Shown piece after piece: positions 1 through 11,918 of a stretch of DNA of 64,000 bases (the stretch's first letter is position 1; each line of letters begins with the position of its first letter). The stretch spans positions 245,954,001 through 246,018,000 of the forward strand of contig OZ024741.1 in NCBI GenBank assembly GCA_964016885.1. The letters are read 5' to 3'. The position numbers were made by a program, and so were the translations under genes. The stretch is from Eledone cirrhosa (Eukaryota). Below the pieces are notes generated by a model that was not told where the DNA came from, did not search any database, and saw nothing but the letters and a program-made list of their open reading frames with translations.

Positions 1-69
1 GGAAATTATCTCCCCTTGATTTTTTTTACAAATTATCTCCCCCTGATTTTTTTTTACAAATTATCTCCC

Positions 70-3000
70 CCTGATTTTTTTTACAAATTATCTCCCCCTG
101 ATTTTTTTTTACAAATTATCTCCCCCTGATTTTTTTTTACAAATTATCTCCCCCTGATTTTTTTTTACAAATTATCTCCCCCTGATTTTTTTTTACAAAT
201 TATCTCCCCCTGATTTTTTTTTACAAATTATCTCCCCCTGATTTTTTTTTACAAATTATCTCCGCCTGATTTTTTTTAAAAATTACCTCCCCTTGGACGG
301 CTGGAAATTATCTCCCCTTGGACGGCTGGAAATTATCTCCCCTTGGACGGCTAGAAATTATCTCTCCTTGGACGGCTGAAAATTATCTCCCCTTGGACGG
401 CTGCAAATTATCTCCACTTGATTTTTTTTACAAATTATCTCCCCCTGATTTTTTTTACAAATTATCTCCCCCTGATTTTTTTTACAAATTATCTACCCCT
501 GATTTTTTTTACAAATTATCTCCCCCTGATTTTTTTTTACAAATTATCTCCCCCTGATTTTTTTTTACAAATTATCTCCCCCTGATTTTTCTTTTACAAA
601 TTATCTCCCCCTGATTTTTTTACATAGTATCTCCCCCTGATTTTTTTTACAATCTCCGCCTGATTTTTTTAAAAATTATCTTCCCTTGGCTGGCGGGAAA
701 TTATCTCCCCTTGGACGGCTGGAAATTATCTCCCCTTGGAAGGATGGAAATTATCTCCCCTTGGACGGCTGGAAATTATCTCCCCTTGCACGGCTGGAAA
801 TTATCTCCCCTTGGACGGATAGATATTACCTCCCCTTGGACGGCTGGAAATTATCTCCCCTTGATTTTTTTACAAATTATCTCCCCCTGATTTATTTTAC
901 AAATCTCCCAATGATTTTTAAAAAAAAATTATCTCCCCTTCGCTGGCTGGAAATTATCTCCCCTTGGACGCTGGAAATTATAGCCCCTTGGAGGGCTGGA
1001 AATTATCTTCCCTTGGACGGCTGGAAATTATCTCCCCTTGATTTTTTTTACAAATTATCTCCCCCTGATTTTTTTTACAAATTATCTCCCCCTGATTTTT
1101 TTTACAAATTATCTACCCCTGATTTTTTTTACAAATTATCTCCCCCTGATTTTTTTTTACAAATTATCTCCCCCTGATTTTTTTTTACAAATTATCTCCC
1201 CCTGATTTTTTTACAAATTATCTCCCCCTGATTTTTTTTTACAATCTCCGCCTGATTTTTTTAAAAATTATCTTCCCTTGGCTGGCTGGAAATTATCTCC
1301 CCTTGGACACTGGAAATTATAGCCCCTTGGAGGGCTGGAAATTATCTTCCCTTGGACGGCTGGAAATTATCTCCCCTTGATTTTTTTTACAAATTAACTC
1401 CGCCTGATTTTTTTTTACAAATTATCTCCCCCTGATTTTTTTTTACAAATTATCTACCCCTGATTTTTTTTTACAAATTATCTCCCCCTGATTTTTTTTA
1501 CAAATTATCTCCCCCTGATTTTTCTTTTACAAATTATCTCCCCCTGATTTTTTTACAAATTATCTCCCCCTGATTTTTTTTACAAATTATCTCCGCCTGA
1601 TTTTTTTAAATATTATCTTCCCTTGGCTGGCGGGAAATTATCTCCCCTTGGACGGCTGGAAATTATCTGCCCTTGATTTTCTTTTTACAAATTATCTTCC
1701 ACTGATTTTTTTTACAAATTATCTCCACCTGATTTTTTAAAAAATTATCTCCCCTTGGAAGGCTGGAAATTATCTCCCCTTGGACGGCTGGAAATTATCT
1801 CCCCTTGGACGGCTAGAAATTATCTCTCCTTGGACGGCTGAAAATTATCTCCCCTTGGACGGCTGCAAATTATCTCCCCTTGATTTTTTTTACAAATTAT
1901 CTCCCCCTGATTTTTTTTTACAAATTATCTCCCCCTGATTTTTTTTTACAAATTATCTCCCCCTGATTTTTTTTTACAAATTATCTCCCCCTGATTTTTT
2001 TTTACAAATTATCTCCCCCTGATTTTTTTTTACAAATTATCTCCCCCTGATTTTTTTTTACAAATTATCTCCGCCTGATTTTTTTTAAAAATTACCTCCC
2101 CTTGGACGGCTGGAAATTATCTCCCCTTGGACGGCTGGAAATTATCTCCCCTTGGACGGCTAGAAATTATCTCTCCTTGGACGGCTGAAAATTATCTCCC
2201 CTTGGACGGCTGCAAATTATCTCCACTTGATTTTTTTTACAAATTATCTCCCCCTGATTTTTTTTACAAATTATCTCCCCCTGATTTTTTTTACAAATTA
2301 TCTACCCCTGATTTTTTTTACAAATTATCTCCCCCTGATTTTTTTTTACAAATTATCTCCCCCTGATTTTTTTTTACAAATTATCTCCCCCTGATTTTTC
2401 TTTTACAAATTATCTCCCCCTGATTTTTTTACAAAGTATCTCCCCCTGATTTTTTTTACAATCTCCGCCTGATTTTTTTAAAAATTATCTTCCCTTGGCT
2501 GGCGGGAAATTATCTCCCCTTGGACGGCTGGAAATTATCTCCCCTTGGAAGGATGGAAATTATCTCCCCTTGGACGGCTGGAAATTATCTCCCCTTGCAC
2601 GGCTGGAAATTATCTCCCCTTGGACGGATAGATATTACCTCCCCTTGGACGGCTGGAAATTATCTCCCCTTGATTTTTTTACAAATTATCTCCCCCTGAT
2701 TTATTTTACAAATCTCCCAATGATTTTTAAAAAAAAATTATCTCCCCTTCGCTGGCTGGAAATTATCTCCCCTTGGACGCTGGAAATTATAGCCCCTTGG
2801 AGGGCTGGAAATTATCTTCCCTTGGACGGCTGGAAATTATCTCCCCTTGATTTTTTTTACAAATTATCTCCCCCTGATTTTTTTTACAAATTATCTCCCC
2901 CTGATTTTTTTTACAAATTATCTACCCCTGATTTTTTTTACAAATTATCTCCCCCTGATTTTTTTTTACAAATTATCTCCCCCTGATTTTTTTTTACAAA

Positions 3001-3187
3001 TTATCTCCCCCTGATTTTTTTACAAATTATCTCCCCCTGATTTTTTTTTACAATCTCCGCCTGATTTTTTAAAAAATTATCTTCCCTTGGCTGGCTGGAA
3101 ATTATCTCCCCTTGGACACTGGAAATTATAGCCCCTTGGAGGGCTGGAAATTATCTTCCCTTGGACGGCTGGAAATTATCTCCCCTT
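70..3187. repeat. ~1.3-kb block repeated at 1,809-bp offset (also near 22.6-25.7 kb with offset 1,781, 41.3-44.4 kb and 57.2-59.8 kb)
   Basis: 318/2127 and 686/2495 are identical ORF strings. The copies diverge at 1380 (TTGA) versus 3189 (TTGC). Boundaries are approximate. Confidence 0.85.
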
Positions 3188-4356
3188 GCACGGCTGGAAA
3201 TTATCTCCCCTTGGCTGGAAATTATCTCCCCTTGGACGGCTAGAAATTATCTCTCTTTGGACGGCTGGAAATTATCTCCCTTTGATTTTTTTTACAAATT
3301 ATCTCCCTCTGATTTTTTTTACAAATCTCCCCCTGATTTTTTTAAAAAAATTATCTCCCCTTCGCTGGCTGGAAATTATCTTCCCTTGGACGGCTGGAAA
3401 TTATCTCCCCTTGATTTTTTTTACAAATTATCTCCGCCTGATTTTTTTTTTAAATTATCTCTCCTTGGACGGCTGGAAATTATCTCCCCTTGATTTTTTT
3501 TACAAATAATCTCCCCCTGATTTTTTTTTATAAATTATCTCCCCCTGATTTTTTTTTACAAATTATCTACCCCTGATTTTTTTTTACAAATTATCTCCCC
3601 CTGATTTTTTTTACAAATTATCTCCCCCTGATTTTTCTTTTACAAATTATCTCCCCCTGATTTTTTTACAAATTATCTCCCCCTGATTTTTTTTACAAAT
3701 TGTCTCCGCCTGATTTTTTTAAATATTATCTTCCCTTGGCTGGCGGGAAATTACCTCCCCTTGGACGGCTGGAAATTATCTGCCCTTGATTTTCTTTTTA
3801 CAAATTATCTTCCACTGATTTTTTTTACAAATTATCTCCACCTGATTTTTTAAAAAATTATCTCCCCTTGGAAGGCTGGAAATTATCTCCCCTTGGACGG
3901 CTAGAAATTATCTCTCTTTGGACGGCTGGAAATTATCACCCCTTGAGTTTTTTACAAATTATCTCCCCCTGATTTTTTTTACAAATCTCCCAGTGATTTT
4001 TAAAAAAAAATTATCTCCCCTTCGCTGGCTGGAAATTATCTCCCCTTGGACGCTGGAAATTATAGCCCCTTGGAGGGCTGGAAATTATCTTCCCTTGGAC
4101 GGCTGGAAATTATCTCCCCTTGGACGGCTGGAAATTATATCTCCTTGGACGGCTAGAATTTACCTCTCCTTGGACGGCTGAAAATTATCTCCCCTTGGAC
4201 GGCTGGAAATTATCTCCCCTTGATTTTTTTTACAAATTATCTCCCCCTGATTTTTTTTTACAAATTATCTCCCCCTGATTTTTTTTTACAAATTATCTCC
4301 CCCTGATTTTTTTTTACAAATTATCTCCCCCTGATTTTTTTACAAATTATCTCCCC

Positions 4357-4580
4357 TTGGCTGGCTGGAAATTATCTCCCCTTGGAGGCTGGAACTTATC
4401 TCCACTTGGACGGCTAGAAATTACCTCTCCTTGGACGGCTGGAAAATATGTCTCCTTGGACGGCTGGATATTATCTCCCCTTGGACGGCTGGAAATTATC
4501 TCCCCTTGGACGGCTGGAAATTATCTCCCCTTGGATGGCTAGATATTACCTCCCCTTGGACGGCTGGAAATTATCTCCCC
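4357..4580. repeat. Representative 9-monomer A-type cassette with a fixed order of variant monomers (~30 copies in the window)
   Basis: Order is GGCTGG / GGAGGCTGGAACTT / GCTAG-TTACC / AAAATATG / GGATATT / A / A / GGATGGCTAGATATTACC / A. 29 copies give the MAGWKLSPLGGWN ORF string, plus partial copies at about 6366 and 63820. Confidence 0.9.
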
Positions 4581-6365
4581 TTGATTTTTTTTACAAATTA
4601 TCTCCCCCTGATTTTTTTTTACAAATTATCTCCCCCTGATTTTTTTTTACAAATTATCTCCCCCTGATTTTTGTTTACAAATTATCTCCGCCTGATTTTT
4701 TTTTTTAAATTATCTCCCCTTGGACGGCTGGAAATTATCTCCCCTTGGACGGCTAGAAATTACCTCTCCTTGGACGGCTGAAAATTATCTCCCCTTGGAC
4801 GGCTGGAAATTATCTCCCCTTGATTTTTTTACAAATTATCTCCCCCTGATTTTTTTTTTACAAATTATCTCCCCCTGATTTTTTTTTACAAATTATCTAC
4901 CCCTGATTTTTTTTTACAAATTATCTCCCCCTGATTTTTTTTTACAAATTATCTACCCCTGATTTTTTTTACAAATTATCTCCCCCTGATTTTTTTTACA
5001 AATTATCTCCCCCTGATTTTTTTTTTACAAATTATCTCCCCCTGATTTTTTTACAAATTATCTCCCCCTGATTTTTTTTACAAATTATCTCCGCCGGATT
5101 TTTTTAAATATTATCTTCCCTTGGCTTGCGGGAAATTATCTCCCCTTGGACGGCTGAAAATTATCTCCCCTTGGACGGCTGGAAATTATCTCCCCTTGCA
5201 CGGCTGGAAATTATCTCCCCTTGGACGGCTAGAAATTATCTCTCTTTGGACGGCTGGAAATTATCTCCCTTTGATTTTTTTTACAAATTATCTCCCTCTG
5301 ATTTTTTTTACGAATCTCCCCCTGATTTTTTTAAAAAAATTATCTCCCCTTCGCTGGCTGGAAATTATCTCCCCTTGGACACTGGAAATTATAGCCCCTT
5401 GGAGGGCTGGAAATTATCTTCCCTTGGACGGCTGGAAATTATCTCCCCCTGATTTTTTTTACAAATTATCTCCGCCTTATTTTTTTAAAAAGTTATCTCT
5501 CCTTGGACGGCTGGAAATTATCTCCCCTTGATTTTTTTTACAAATAATCTCCCCCTGATTTTTTTTTACAAATTATCTCCCCCTGATTTTTTTTTACAAA
5601 TTATCTACCCCTGATTTTCTTTTACAAATTATCTCCCCCTGATTTTTGTTACAAATTATCTCCCCCTGATTTTTCTTTTACAAATTATCTCCCCCTGATT
5701 TTTTTTACAAATTATCTCCGCCTGATTTTTTTAAATATTATCTTCCCTTGGCTGGCGGGAAATTATCTCCCCTTGGATGGCTGGAAATTATCTGCCCTTG
5801 ATTTTCTTTTTACAAATTATCTTCCACTGATTTTTTTTACAAATTATCTCCACCTGATTTTTTTAAAAATTATCTCCCCTTGGAAGGCTGGAAATTATCT
5901 CCCCTTGGCTGGAAATTATCTCCCCTTGGACGGCTAGAAATTATCTCTCTTTGTACGGCTGGAAATTATCACCCCTTGAGTTTTTTACAAATTATCTACC
6001 CCTGATTTTTTTTACAAATCTCCCAGTGTTTTTTAAAAAAAATTATCTCCCCTTCGCTGGCTGGAAATTATCTCCCCTTGGACGCTGGAAATTATAGCCC
6101 CTTGGAGGGCTGGAAATTATCTTCCCTTGGACGGCTGGAAATTATCTCCCCTTGATTTTTTTTACAAATTATCTCCCCCTGATTTTTTTTTACAAATTAT
6201 CTCCCCCTGATTTTTTTTTACAACTTATCTGCGCCTGATTTTTTTAAAAAAATTATCTTCCCTTGGACGGCTGGAAATTATCTCCCCTTGGACGGCTGGA
6301 AATTATCTCTCCTTGGACGGCTAGAATTTACCTCTCCTTGGACGGCTGAAAATTATCTCCCCTTG

Positions 6366-9300
6366 GAGGCTGGAACTTATCTCCCCTTGGACGGCTAGAA
6401 ATTACCTCTCCTTGGACGGCTGGAAAATATGTCTCCTTGGACGGCTGGATATTATCTCCCCTTGGACGGCTGGAAATTATCTCCCCTTGGACGGCTGGAA
6501 ATTATCTCCCATTGGATGGCTAGATATTACCTCCCCTTGGACGGCTGGAAATTATCTCCCCTTGATCTTTTTACAAATTATCTCCCCCTGATTTTTTTTT
6601 TACAAATTATCTCCCCCTGATTTTTTTTTACAAATTATCTACCCCTGATTTTTTTTTACAAATTATCTCCCCCTGATTTTTTTTACAAATTATCTCCCCC
6701 TGATTTTTTTTTTACAAATTATCTCCCCCTGATTTTTTTACAAATTATCTCCCACTGATTTTTTTTACAAATTATCTCCGCCTGATTTTTTTAAATATTA
6801 TCTCTCCTTGGCTGGCGGGAAATTATCTCCCCTTGGACGGCTGGAAATTATCTCCCCTTGGAAGGATGGAAATTATCTCCCCTTGGACGGCTGGAAATTA
6901 TCTACCCCTGATTTTTTTTACAAATTATCTCCCCCTGATTTTTTTTACAAATTATCTCCCCCTGATTTTTTTTACAAATTATCTACCCCTGATTTTTTTT
7001 ACAAATTATCTCCCCCTGATTTTTTTTTACAAATTATCTCCCCCTGATTTTTTTACAAATTATCTCCCCCTGATTTTTTTTACAATCTCCGCCTGATTTT
7101 TTTAAAAATTGTCTTCCCTTGGCTGGCTGGAAATTATCTCCCCTTGGACACTGGATATTATAGCCCCTTGGAGGGCTGGAAATTATCTTCCCTTGGACGG
7201 CTGGAAATTATCTCCCCTTGATTTTTTTTACAAATTATCTCCGCCTGATTTTTTTTTACAAATTATCTCCCCCTGATTTTTTTTTACAAATTATCTACCC
7301 CTGATTTTTTTTTACAAATTATCTCCCCCTGATTTTTTTTACAAATTATCTCCCCCTGATTTTTCTTTTACAAATTATCTCCCCCTGATTTTTTTACAAA
7401 TTATCTCCCCCTGATTTTTTTTACAAATTATCTCCGCCTGATTTTTTTAAATATTATCTTCCCTTGGCTGGCGGGAAATTATCTCCCCTTGGACGGCTGG
7501 AAATTATCTGCCCTTGATTTTCTTTTTACAAATTATCTTCCACTGATTTTTTTTACAAATTATCTTCACCTGATTTTTTAAAAAATTATCTCCCCTTGGA
7601 AGGCTGGAAATTATCTCCCCTTGGACGGCTGGAAATTATCTCCCCTTGGACGGCTAGAAATTATCTCTCCTTGGACGGCTGAAAATTATCTCCCCTTGGA
7701 CGGCTGCAAATTATCTCCCCTTGATTTTTTTTACAAATTATCTCCCCCTGATTTTTTTTACAAATTATCTCCCCCTGATTTTTTTACAAATTATCTACCC
7801 CTGATTTTTTTTACAAATTATCTCCCCCTGATTTTTTTTTACAAATTATCTCCCCCTGATTTTTTTTTACAAATTATCTCCCCCTGATTTTTTTTTACAA
7901 ATTATCTCCCCCTGATTTTTTTACAAATTATCTCCCCCTGATTTTTTTTACAATCTCCGCCTGATTTTTTTAAAAATTATCTTCCCTTGGCTGGCGGGAA
8001 ATTATCTCCCCTTGGACGGCTGGAAATTATCTCCCCTTGGAAGGATGGAAATTATCTCCCCTTGGACGGCTGGAAATTATCTCCCCTTGCACGGCTGGAA
8101 ATTATCTCCCCTTGGCTGGAAATTATCTCCCCTTGGACGGCTAGAAATTATCTCTCTTTGGACGGCTGGAAATTATCTCCCTTTGATTTTTTTTACAAAT
8201 TATCTCCCTCTGATTTTTTTTACAAATCTCCCCCTGATTTTTTTAAAAAAATTATCTCCCCTTCGCTGGCTGGAAATTATCTTCCCTTGGACGGCTGGAA
8301 ATTATCTCCCCTTGATTTTTTTTACAAATTATCTCCGCCTGATTTTTTTTTTAAATTATCTCTCCTTGGACGGCTGGAAATTATCTCCCCTTGATTTTTT
8401 TTACAAATAATCTCCCCCTGATTTTTTTTTATAAATTATCTCCCCCTGATTTTTTTTTACAAATTATCTACCCCTGATTTTTTTTTACAAATTATCTCCC
8501 CCTGATTTTTTTTACAAATTATCTCCCCCTGATTTTTCTTTTACAAATTATCTCCCCCTGATTTTTTTACAAATTATCTCCCCCTGATTTTTTTTACAAA
8601 TTGTCTCCGCCTGATTTTTTTAAATATTATCTTCCCTTGGCTGGCGGGAAATTACCTCCCCTTGGACGGCTGGAAATTATCTGCCCTTGATTTTCTTTTT
8701 ACAAATTATCTTCCACTGATTTTTTTTACAAATTATCTCCACCTGATTTTTTAAAAAATTATCTCCCCTTGGAAGGCTGGAAATTATCTCCCCTTGGACG
8801 GCTAGAAATTATCTCTCTTTGGACGGCTGGAAATTATCACCCCTTGAGTTTTTTACAAATTATCTCCCCCTGATTTTTTTTACAAATCTCCCAGTGATTT
8901 TAAAAAAAAAATTATCTCCCCTTCGCTGGCTGGAAATTATCTCCCCTTGGACGCTGGAAATTATAGCCCCTTGGAGGGCTGGAAATTATCTTCCCTTGGA
9001 CGGCTGGAAATTATCTCCCCTTGGACGGCTGGAAATTATCTCTCCTTGGACGGCTAGAATTTACCTCTCCTTGGACGGCTGAAAATTATCTCCCCTTGAA
9101 CGGCTGGAAATTATCTCCCCTTGATTTTTTTTACAAATTATCTCCCCCTTTTTTTTTTTTACAAATTATCTCCCCCTGATTTTTTTTTACAAATTATCTC
9201 CCCCTGATTTTTTTTTACAAATTATCTCCCCCTGATTTTTTTTACAAATTATCTCCCCCCTGATTTTTTTACAAATTATCTCCCCTTGGCTGGTTGGAAA

Positions 9301-11918
9301 TTATCTCCCCTTGGAGGCTGGAACTTATCTCCCCTTGGACGGCTAGAAATTACCTCTCCTTGGACGGCTGGAAAATATGTCTCCTTGGACGGCTGGATAT
9401 TATCTCCCCTTGGACGGCTGGAAATTATCTCCCCTTGGACGGCTGGAAATTATCTCCCCTTGGATGGCTAGATATTACCTCCCCTTGGACGGCTGGAAAT
9501 TATCTCCCCTTGATTTTTTTAACAAATTATCTCCCCCTGATTTTTTTTACAAATTATCTCCCCCTGATTTTTTTTAAAAAATTATCTCCCCCTGATTTTT
9601 GTTTACAAATTATCTCCGCCTGATTTTTTTTAACAAATTATCTCCCCTTGGACGGCTGGAAATTATCTCCCCTTGGACGGCTGGAAATTATATCTCCTTG
9701 GACGGCTAGAATTTACCTCTCCTTGGACGGCTGAAAATTATCTCCCCTTGGACGGCTGGAAATTATCTCCCCTTGATTTTTTTTACAAATTATCTCCCCC
9801 TGATTTTTTTTTACAAATTATCTCCCCCTGATTTTTTTTTACAAATTATCTCCCCCTGATTTTTTTTTACAAATTATCTCCCCCTGATTTTTTTACAAAT
9901 TATCTCCCCTTGGCTGGCTGGAAATTATCTCCCCTTGGAGGCTGGAACTTATCTCCACTTGGACGGCTAGAAATTACCTCTCCTTGGACGGCTGGAAAAT
10001 ATGTCTCCTTGGACGGCTGGATATTATCTCCCCTTGGACGGCTGGAAATTATCTCCCCTTGGACGGCTGGAAATTATCTCCCCTTGGATGGCTAGATATT
10101 ACCTCCCCTTGGACGGCTGGAAATTATCTCCCCTTGATTTTTTTTACAAATTATCTCCCCCTGATTTTTTTTTACAAATTATCTCCCCCTGATTTTTTTT
10201 TACAAATTATCTCCCCCTGATTTTTGTTTACAAATTATCTCCGCCTGATTTTTTTTTTTAAATTATCTCCCCTTGGACGGCTGGAAATTATCTCCCCTTG
10301 GACGGCTAGAAATTACCTCTCCTTGGACGGCTGAAAATTATCTCCCCTTGGACGGCTGGAAATTATCTCCCCTTGATTTTTTTACAAATTATCTCCCCCT
10401 GATTTTTTTTTTACAAATTATCTCCCCCTGATTTTTTTTTACAAATTATCTACCCCTGATTTTTTTTTACAAATTATCTCCCCCTGATTTTTTTTTACAA
10501 ATTATCTACCCCTGATTTTTTTTACAAATTATCTCCCCCTGATTTTTTTTACAAATTATCTCCCCCTGATTTTTTTTTTACAAATTATCTCCCCCTGATT
10601 TTTTTACAAATTATCTCCCCCTGATTTTTTTTACAAATTATCTCCGCCGGATTTTTTTAAATATTATCTTCCCTTGGCTTGCGGGAAATTATCTCCCCTT
10701 GGACGGCTGAAAATTATCTCCCCTTGGACGGCTGGAAATTATCTCCCCTTGCACGGCTGGAAATTATCTCCCCTTGGACGGCTAGAAATTATCTCTCTTT
10801 GGACGGCTGGAAATTATCTCCCTTTGATTTTTTTTACAAATTATCTCCCTCTGATTTTTTTTACGAATCTCCCCCTGATTTTTTTAAAAAAATTATCTCC
10901 CCTTCGCTGGCTGGAAATTATCTCCCCTTGGACACTGGAAATTATAGCCCCTTGGAGGGCTGGAAATTATCTTCCCTTGGACGGCTGGAAATTATCTCCC
11001 CCTGATTTTTTTTACAAATTATCTCCGCCTTATTTTTTTAAAAAGTTATCTCTCCTTGGACGGCTGGAAATTATCTCCCCTTGATTTTTTTTACAAATAA
11101 TCTCCCCCTGATTTTTTTTTACAAATTATCTCCCCCTGATTTTTTTTTACAAATTATCTACCCCTGATTTTCTTTTACAAATTATCTCCCCCTGATTTTT
11201 GTTACAAATTATCTCCCCCTGATTTTTCTTTTACAAATTATCTCCCCCTGATTTTTTTTACAAATTATCTCCGCCTGATTTTTTTAAATATTATCTTCCC
11301 TTGGCTGGCGGGAAATTATCTCCCCTTGGATGGCTGGAAATTATCTGCCCTTGATTTTCTTTTTACAAATTATCTTCCACTGATTTTTTTTACAAATTAT
11401 CTCCACCTGATTTTTTTAAAAATTATCTCCCCTTGGAAGGCTGGAAATTATCTCCCCTTGGCTGGAAATTATCTCCCCTTGGACGGCTAGAAATTATCTC
11501 TCTTTGTACGGCTGGAAATTATCACCCCTTGAGTTTTTTACAAATTATCTCCCCCTGATTTTTTTTACAAATCTCCCAGTGTTTTTTAAAAAAAATTATC
11601 TCCCCTTCGCTGGCTGGAAATTATCTCCCCTTGGACGCTGGAAATTATAGCCCCTTGGAGGGCTGGAAATTATCTTCCCTTGGACGGCTGGAAATTATCT
11701 CCCCTTGATTTTTTTTACAAATTATCTCCCCCTGATTTTTTTTTACAAATTATCTCCCCCTGATTTTTTTTTACAACTTATCTGCGCCTGATTTTTTTAA
11801 AAAAATTATCTTCCCTTGGACGGCTGGAAATTATCTCCCCTTGGACGGCTGGAAATTATCTCTCCTTGGACGGCTAGAATTTACCTCTCCTTGGACGGCT
11901 GAAAATTATCTCCCCTTG
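6366..11918. repeat. 5,553-bp mosaic expansion present only in HOR period 1
   Basis: Offsets 4357/9910, 5121/10674 and GTAC 5953/11506 are all 5,553. Internal parts match 13.2-13.7 kb (offset 6850), 16.5-18.6 kb (about 9,670-9,698) and 13.7-15.4 kb (4712). Confidence 0.8.

Noticed and set aside
1-300. Poly(T) tracts as intrinsic or Pol III terminators, or retroposon tails
   Set aside because: They are an integral part of each B monomer, with no upstream GC hairpin, gene or target-site duplication.
696-710. NF-kB/Rel-like site (GGGAAATTATCTCCC) or CENP-B box
   Set aside because: The spacing does not fit GGGRNWYYCC, and I saw no TTCG-N4-A-N2-CGGG pattern. The resemblance is superficial.
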